Below are positions 56,300 to 64,000 of a stretch of 64,000 bases of DNA, in pieces. Both the position numbers and the translations under genes were made by a program. Positions within the stretch are counted from its first letter, which is position 1; every line of letters begins with the position of its first letter. The stretch comes from Eledone cirrhosa (taxonomy: Eukaryota): the NCBI GenBank assembly GCA_964016885.1, contig OZ024752.1:4030001-4094000 (forward strand). Reading direction: 5' to 3'. Below the pieces are notes generated by a model. The model did no database searches, was not told the DNA's origin, and saw only the letters and a program-made list of their open reading frames with translations.

Positions 56300-58819
56300 T
56301 CTTACTTGTTCCAGCCATCCGGCTGAGGCCAAATATATATATTAACCAGTGAAAGAATAAGAAAAACAAAATGAAGTATTAATTAATCCATTATTTTACG
56401 ATCGTTTCGAATATCAAATTATCGATGTGTAGATTTATTGATGATTGTTGTGTAATTCCATACCATCAGCCTGGAAAAGGCGCCTCATCCTTGAAGTCGT
56501 TCTTCAATAAATTCTTCCCTAACAACTGCCGTATGCCGGATATCTGTGTAACCGATTACACCAATGCAGACTGACAAAATATCCAGTAATTTTGAACCTT
56601 ATCTGTCGGTCAATTGATGTATATAAATCACATTTTAAAGAGCGTTGAACGAAGTATGAATTTCGAATGTATATTAACATGAAATTAACTGCTTCAACAC
56701 AACAATTTAACTATAGAATTAGTGGAATTCGAATTGACTGGCTAACGGTACTCAACATTGATGTGTTATTCAAAACAGTTTAACAAGGGCAACATCCGCT
56801 CGTTTCAATCACATATTTGCCATTCCTAATTTTTATCTTGGCTACAAACCATCTATCTTCGGCCATTCACTTTCTGTAGACAACATATTCATCTTTGCCA
56901 GTTTCCGAGATAACGTTTGTCACATTTGTTCTTTGTCATGGACGGAGCTGTTGAGTTTAAGGATGTGTATACTTCATCAGCTATTTTGTTTTCGTTTGTT
57001 GATTCAAGCAGCTGTTGGCTCCTGCATATGCTATTCACGAGGTATTGATCGATTCGAAGCTCGGATAGATGACAATTGCACAAGGTTCCACGCATTTGGA
57101 TCGATCCGGGAACTACATGTTTGCAATCGAATATATTGACCACACATCCTTGTCTATATATCTGTAAACCTATTTCTCCTGCCTCGTACATTGTCTAACA
57201 ATGCTGCATTTCTACATGAAATAGATGAACTGCTATGCTAAAATGTCGTCTATAACTTAGGAAAGAGTTTGGAGAGTCTAGTGGAATGTAAATTTGAGTG
57301 CTTATATGATAACCTACTAGATATCTACTTAACCGCCATCAATCGCAGTCAAGCAACAACACATTTATCGTATATTGCGCAACGTAAAAATGGAGTTGAA
57401 GCACGTGATTGAACCTGATACTACATAATCATTGATTTGTTAGAAATAACTTTCTCGTAAACAGACAAATTCAAGGAAGCATAAACTAACAGGAAAAAAA
57501 TATATATCGCAACAAAACAAACAACCTCAAAATACACAAAATATGTATCTATCTATAAGCAGCCGACAAACGTTCCCTTTCCCTCTCATCAATATATCCA
57601 AACGATAAATCTACTTCACCGTAATTTCATCGATATTTCACCGATATATCCTATAATGCTAATAAATCAGCATATTAAATCAACCATTTTTTCTCTCTCT
57701 CCCCTGAAAACAACTAATTCAATAGAATGTTCTTCCTGACAAGGACTTAACGATTAATCCGTCTATCAGCGTTAGTGAATTACTTACATACTTTATATGT
57801 ATATTTTTCAAGTTCAGATTTCCGTCTCTTCAAATTAAATTCTTCAATTATTTTGTGGGGAAAGAAAAGGTTATTTTAACACCGGAACAAATAGTTGTTT
57901 TTTGTTTGTTTTTTTCCTGGTTTGTTTTTTTGTGCAAAGGGAAAGAGAGGAAAAAATCAAAACAGATCAGGTTATTGTCAATAACAGGGCGATATATTCT
58001 AAGTGACATATAGACGACGAAAACTGGTTAAGCTGATCGTGTGTGTGCGTATATATATATATTTACATATATATGTCTATATGTGCGTGTATATATATAT
58101 ATATAAATGTGTGTGTATGTATGCCTATATGTATATATATATATATGTGTATATATGTGTGTCTGTGTATATATCTGTGTGTGTGTATGTATGTGTGTAT
58201 ATATGTATGTCTATATGTATATATATATATGTGTGTATATATGTATGTCTATATGTGTATATATATATATGTGTGTATATGTATGTCTATATGTTTATAT
58301 ATATATATTTGTGTGTATATATATACATGTGTTTGTATATAGGTATGTCTATATGTATGTATGTATTTATGTATATGCGATTATATATGTGTGTGAATCC
58401 ATGTACACATACATACATTGAATATTTATGCACAACACAGCATATATTCAAACATCTAAGAAATATTATATATATATATATATAACTGCAATGTACTAAC
58501 TTTACTTCAAATGTTTAAACAAATATGAAAAACATTATTTTCTGTTTATCTTCGGGATTTAGTTAATTACGATACACATCAATGGACAGTGTGTATATTT
58601 GACTAACCATTTTAGTTTATTTTGTTTCATATTGAACACCGTTTGACTTTATTCCTCTTAGGGGAGAGAAAGATAAGGGTACTCATCTACCGATGGCCGT
58701 GAAACATATATAGGTAATCTGATGTTTTTGTGTGTCATTCACTCGCTGAAACTGTTGGCCCCACTTGTAGCATATTCTAATTACGAGTTTTCTTCATTTA
58801 TACATGTTGTACGTCTTCT

Positions 58820-59170
58820 TTGTTAATTGCTTGGAGTGCCATCCAGATCTTCACATACCATGTAGCTGTGTGGTCTTTGGCCTTCCTCTTTTCATTCTAC
58901 CTTCGAGGTTCCACATGAGAAACTGCTTAAAGACATTGTCCTGGAATCATCTGAGTCTGTGTCCAATCCAGTGCTACTTTCTTCTCTCGATATATAGGTT
59001 TTTCCACACAAACCTTTTTCTTAATTTTCGTCGGCCAATGCATCCTGTTGAAGGTTAGGTTCTTTTTCAGGGTGGAATAATTGTGTCTTCATGTCTTTGC
59101 TTTATTCAATAAATCTGACTTTATATTTGAATTAAAAATACGAATATTGATGTTCCTTGGAATGAGGCTA
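58820..59170 (-). mobile_element. Degenerate RTE-clade LINE fragment
   Basis: Minus strand: RIFNSNIKS..; RRK*HWIGHRLR..QFLMWNLEGRMKRGRPKTT. Confidence 0.65.
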
Positions 59171-59234
59171 GTCATTCACCTGAACATTGGATGCGATAGA
59201 AGCAACTATTGTAATATTATTAGTATTTATGTTT

Positions 59235-59452
59235 GGGCGGGTGACTGGCAGTATGGACAGAGCGTCTGACACCATGCTTCGCGGCATAGTTACGGCCCTT
59301 TACATTCTGAGTTCAAATCCCGCCAATATTAGCTTTATCTTTCATCCTTACGAGGTCGATAAAATAATGTACCAGTAATGCACAGAGGCCTATTTAATCG
59401 ACTTTCCCCTTCCATAAATGTGTTGGCCTTGTGCCTAAATCAGAAACCATTA
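59235..59452 (+). mobile_element. SINE family A
   Basis: TGGCAGTATGG..CTGAGTTCAAATCCCGCC..TTTCATCCTTACGAGGTCGATAAAATAATGTACCAGT. Confidence 0.85.
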
Positions 59453-60788
59453 TTAGTGTTTATGTTGAGCCTTACGTGGCTAATAAAGAAACCATTGTTG
59501 GAATTTATGTTATTGTTTCTCAAATAATCCTAAGATATAAGGTATTTTGTAAAGGGTAATTCCTCCAAAATATTATTTTTACTCAGTCAGCTGTAATTTA
59601 AGCAGACGTTGAGGATTATTTAAAGCTATAAAGCTTGACCCTGCAACTATATACAAAGTTGGCACTATAGCAGTCTCATATATACCACATATTACTATAT
59701 TGTTATTCTGAGGAGGAATAACAAGAATAGAATCAGAATCCTTCTTCATAACAGTTTCGTTGACTTTTACCAATTCAATGTGGCATTAGTTATTATTTTC
59801 TTGGTGTTGAAAGATATATTATTAGTAACCACCATTTCACCATTAGATGGTGTCTTCAAAAAATATATTAAGGTTACACGTTTGTTAAACTTTTCATTTA
59901 GGTCCTTAAAAATTTGGGGAAAAACCTCATCTCAGAACTGTATTTATTCTTGGAAAGGTTCATAGCATCACCTCCATAACAACAACAAAGATATTGTGTC
60001 ATTACTGATGGCAAGACTAAAGCCTCCCAATACGCAATATTCAGCATACTATAAAAATGATTATATTTCCATATGTGGCTTAACTCTTGACATTCCAGTT
60101 TTTAATCAATTTAAACTAGCAGATATAGGCGGGTAACTGGATTCGTTAAATCGTAGGATTCATCTACGATTAAATGAAAGAGTTTCCCCACAGTTTGTAT
60201 CTGTCTCTAATCAGAAAGGGTGAATTCGGCACGACTATAAGCGAATTCTCTCTCTGACAAATATCGAAGATTCATCGAAACTAACCTTATCAATCCCACA
60301 TTTTCTGCCTACGGTGTAACAACTTTTCGCAATAAGTCTATACCTTGTATTTCAAATGAGTCATAATCCTTTGGATAATGTAATGTTAGTAAATTAATTA
60401 ATTAATCAACGTTACCAGCGCATGAACTATTGTCCGAATTAGACTGACAAGTTTAAATGACTTATGGTTTGTGTACACTATAAATAAACTACAGATTACA
60501 CTCCGTGGTCAGAAAATTATGATTTTTCGTTGAGATATATATTACATGTTTTAATTGTCTAAGATATGTGAGTGTAATGTATATACATATCTCTCTCTAT
60601 ATATATATATACACACACATACACACATTACTCACATACACGCACAGGAGCGTATAAATATATATCAATAATTATATACACACACATGATTATCTGTGAG
60701 TATATGTATATATATATGTGTGTGTGTATTACACACATATCTTGTTTGCTTTTAATACAAACTTATCGTCCCGCCTCACTCATTAATA

Positions 60789-60823
<35 letters not shown>

Positions 60824-61759
60824 TGAACGTGGGGGAGTGTTGGGGAAAACGAAAGATTGTATATGCTAGATTAATTCCTTGAAATAACAGCTGGGCTTCG
60901 GCATATCTTTGCTAGGAAGTCTGGATTAGTATGAGATTTGAAGGGATTAGTTCTGTTCAGTGTCATAACAGTGCTTGGGATTTACAGGCGTGGATACGTG
61001 TGTACGTGTGTTTCTGTGGATGAGTATATGCGTGTGTTAATTTACATCTTCTGTATGTATTTTTAAGTGTTTTTGTTTCTATTTCTCGGCGACATTCATA
61101 ACATTCACCTAATTTTTATCTTACTAAATGTCGGTCGTTTCTTGCAACGTTTATTTCGATGACCGGGAATAATAATAGTTGAATATATTAGTTTCCAATG
61201 AGAAAGCTAATAACACACAATCGCTTGGATTTATTTACTCTAACACACTTTTGTATGTAATCAACCTATTAAAAAACAACTTGTTTGCACCAAAGGCTGT
61301 GTGAAGAAAATGTTTGTATTGTTACAGGAGCACCGATTAAGCTCCTGGTGTGTTGTGGGGTTTGTGCTGCAGTGTTTCCGACCATGTTTAGATTGACAAC
61401 ATAAAGAAAATTCCCATTTTTCCCTAGCACATAGAAGATATTAGCCTAGCATTTCTCAATTTATAAGTAATTTTATAGCTCTGAAAATGTCACCAGTACA
61501 AATTCATTTAACTCCGAAATATTTAATAGACTTTGAAATGTTCAGGTACATGATAAACAATACGTGGTAGGTGTAGTGAATGCTCGAAAACAGTACTTAC
61601 TGCAGTCAAAAACTCAATAACATTTCCCCAATAAAAGTATTAATATTTCGCTAGCTCCATTTGGAAGGGATCATGGACGTTCATTTATCAAAATTAGTCG
61701 CTATTGTAAAATACTGGGAAACGCTGCTTTACACCAAGTCACAATAACCCTGCCTAAAT

Positions 61760-61907
61760 AGGCGGCGAATTGTCTTCATAGAACGCTTTGTTTTCGTTCC
61801 AGCTCTCTGCACTCGGAGTTCAAATCCTACCGCGGTCAACTTTTCCTTCCATCCTTTCGAGTTCAATAAAGTACCAGTCTAGTACTGGGGGTCGATTCTT
61901 CCTCTAT
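61760..61907 (+). mobile_element. SINE family A variant
   Basis: GGCGGCGAATTG..GAGTTCAAATCC..GTACCAGTCTAGTACTGGGGGTCGATTCTTCCTCTATA. Confidence 0.7.
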
Positions 61908-62399
61908 ATCTCTTTCTCACTTCCTTCTCCTTCACTTTCTATCTTTCTCTGGAAGAAATCTGCTGGAGCGGGATGAGCTCCTCCAGGCTTAAAATGCCCA
62001 AGAAACGGCGCTCCTACGACTCAGGCGTTACGGAACCATACATACATACAAATAAAGAGAGAGTCGTGTGCACCACCCTGCTTCGTCGTTTTTTACTTGA
62101 AGCAATTCCACTTCATCAAGTAATGTCGTTATCTCCTTATATACCTTCGATGGTATGGCTGCTAAATATTTCAATTGTATAAGCAACTAAAGACATCATA
62201 TATGAGATAAGGAAATGTTGACTAACCCTACTTGTTACAAGATGTGTTGCACTGACCTGATATGATATCTCCATGTTTTTGTTGGGGGGGGGTTACTTTT
62301 CTTTTGATTATTTGTTGGGGGCGGAGGGGTGGATGTTCTCTCACTACACTACTACGACAGTTCCTGGTCTTCTGAAAAAGCAACTTGTTATCTACATTA

Positions 62400-62642
62400 A
62401 GGAGACTTCTGTTGTCCTTGGCCCACCCACCTCGCTCCTTATCACCATCGGCGTGGAGTTGGCTACCCGCAAGTATGAGCCTCGCAAGCTGGAATGGCTC
62501 TTCCAACGTGTCTCCTTCACCAGCCTCCTGAGAAACGTCTTCTCTCTTTTGTCCCCTGGGACCGCGGAGCAGCCAGCATGTGTCCCCCATTTGCTCATAA
62601 TAGTGAGGATGGGTAGAACGAAAGAGATGGAGGCAGTGACTG
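62400..62642 (+). mobile_element. 3' end of a CRE-like retrotransposon (second copy)
   Basis: ETSVVLGPPTSLLITIGVELATRKYEPRKLEWLFQRVSF; shares GAGTTGGCTACCCGCA and CCATTTGCTCAT-ATAGTGAG with 29879-30114. Confidence 0.6.
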
Positions 62643-62727
62643 CTGAAGTTTTTGATTATAGTAATAATTATAATTATATCTCCCCCTTTATTTAGGATTA
62701 GTGTACCAGTCCCGTCAATAACCTACC

Positions 62728-63866
62728 GACTCGGTAGATCGAGAAGCCCTATGGCGTATAATGCAGGCGGACGGCATCCCAGTGAAGCTGCCTCGTCTTA
62801 TACAAGGCTACTACCGGTCGACTCGGGCTCGAGTGAGGGTCTATGGTGGGGAGACGGAGTCGTTCGATGTTGGGACCGGTGTTCGGCAGGGGTGTGCGCT
62901 ATCGCCAACTCTCTTCAACTACGCCATTGACTACACTCTCAACACAGCGGGATTACCCGGGCGTAGAGGTCGGGAGAGGGGTCGTGGTGACGGACCTGGC
63001 CTACGCGGATGACATCGTGCTGATGGTCGCTAACGGTACAGATGTACAAGGTGCTCTCGAAAGGGTGCACACTGCAGCCGCCGCTTTTGGTCTACGAATC
63101 AATGCCGCCAATTCTAAAATCATGACGTCGCCTTATGCCTGGCAGCCAATATCTCTCGAGGGCGTGGACCTGGAGGATGTGGTGTCCTTCGTTTACCTGG
63201 GCTCAACAGTGGTTCCAACGGGACAGGGTGCAGCCGAGGTCAAACGTCACATAGGTGCTGCCAGATCCGCTTTTAGGCGCCTCTAGCGGTGTCTGTGGGA
63301 CAGAAGAGAGATCACCTCGGCGACCAAGGGGCGAATCTACCAGGCCGTCGTTCGCACTATCCTCCTCTATGGCTGTGAAACATGGCCTATGAGGGTAGTC
63401 GATCAACGAGGGCTGGAGGTCTTTGACAGTGACTGTCTCCACCGCATTCTTCACTGCCGACGTGTTGATTGGGTACCTACCACCAGTCCTCGTCTTCGCC
63501 TGAATCTTCGACCTCTTCCTTCAGTGCTTCTGCAACGGCGCTTGAGATGGTTTGGTGACGCAGCCCGACGCCCTGAGGGTGAGCTGATCCGCGATGTTCT
63601 CCTCCCACCTCCACTCCCTAACTGGCGCAAGCGCGTTGGCGGGCAGCTGAAGACCTGGGCAACGACGATCAAGGAGGACCTCTCCGAACTCTCAGGTCAG
63701 CAGGTGGTCGGCCTGCGCCGATGGAACCATGACTGGCTCGCTATCTCCAGTGACCTAGCCCGGGACCGTTGTGCGTGGGCTGTCATGGTTCGGGATGCCG
63801 TCAGGACAAGGGAAGAAGCAGACTCAACCCGTCCAGGGTGAATGTTGACACAAGTACAAGTAAGTC
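62728..63866 (+). mobile_element. 5'-truncated RTE-clade LINE, reverse transcriptase pseudogene
   Basis: DSVDREALW; GVRQGCALSPTLFN; DLAYADDIVL (63002); FVYLGS; LLYGCETW; RRLRWFG; frameshift near 62945, TAG at 63284; CAAGTA/TAAG tail; GC-rich. Confidence 0.92.
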
Positions 63867-64000
63867 AATAACAACAGCAATAGCGTTGAATGTATTTAAT
63901 TTTGGGAGAGCATGAAACTCCCTTTTCCTCGTGTTTTTCGATTTGCTGAAGTCATGGCATTCCGATTTACCATGGGATAGGTCTCTCTGAACTTACTCTC

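Noticed and set aside
59570-60120. Possible ancient CR1/L2 LINE relic on the minus strand
   Set aside because: Only vague similarity with many stops; cannot be supported by eye

Overview
AT-rich, microsatellite-laden eukaryotic non-coding DNA. The SINE/LINE repertoire is most consistent with an octopus (cephalopod) genome; this is an inference. No intact host gene is supportable, and nearly all long ORFs are translations of (TA)n/(CA)n/(GGT)n repeats. The window contains decayed non-LTR retroelements (RTE, R4/Dong, Tx1/L1, CRE-like, Penelope GIY-YIG), tRNA-derived SINEs, MITEs, an ~8.7 kb TATACGTATA-based satellite and a ~1.9 kb minisatellite. The main hidden signal is about 15 complete type I hammerhead ribozyme motifs (stem I - CTGANGA - stem II - GAAA - short, often palindromic stem III - TH - stem I'), from roughly 7 sequence families. 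They sit in short non-coding modules lodged in or beside (TA)n tracts, and three loci are fold-back inverted repeats. One motif lies directly downstream of a Penelope (Naiad-like) endonuclease ORF, and one family has a recurrent non-canonical CAGAAGA core. All folds were read by eye; none was computed or tested.
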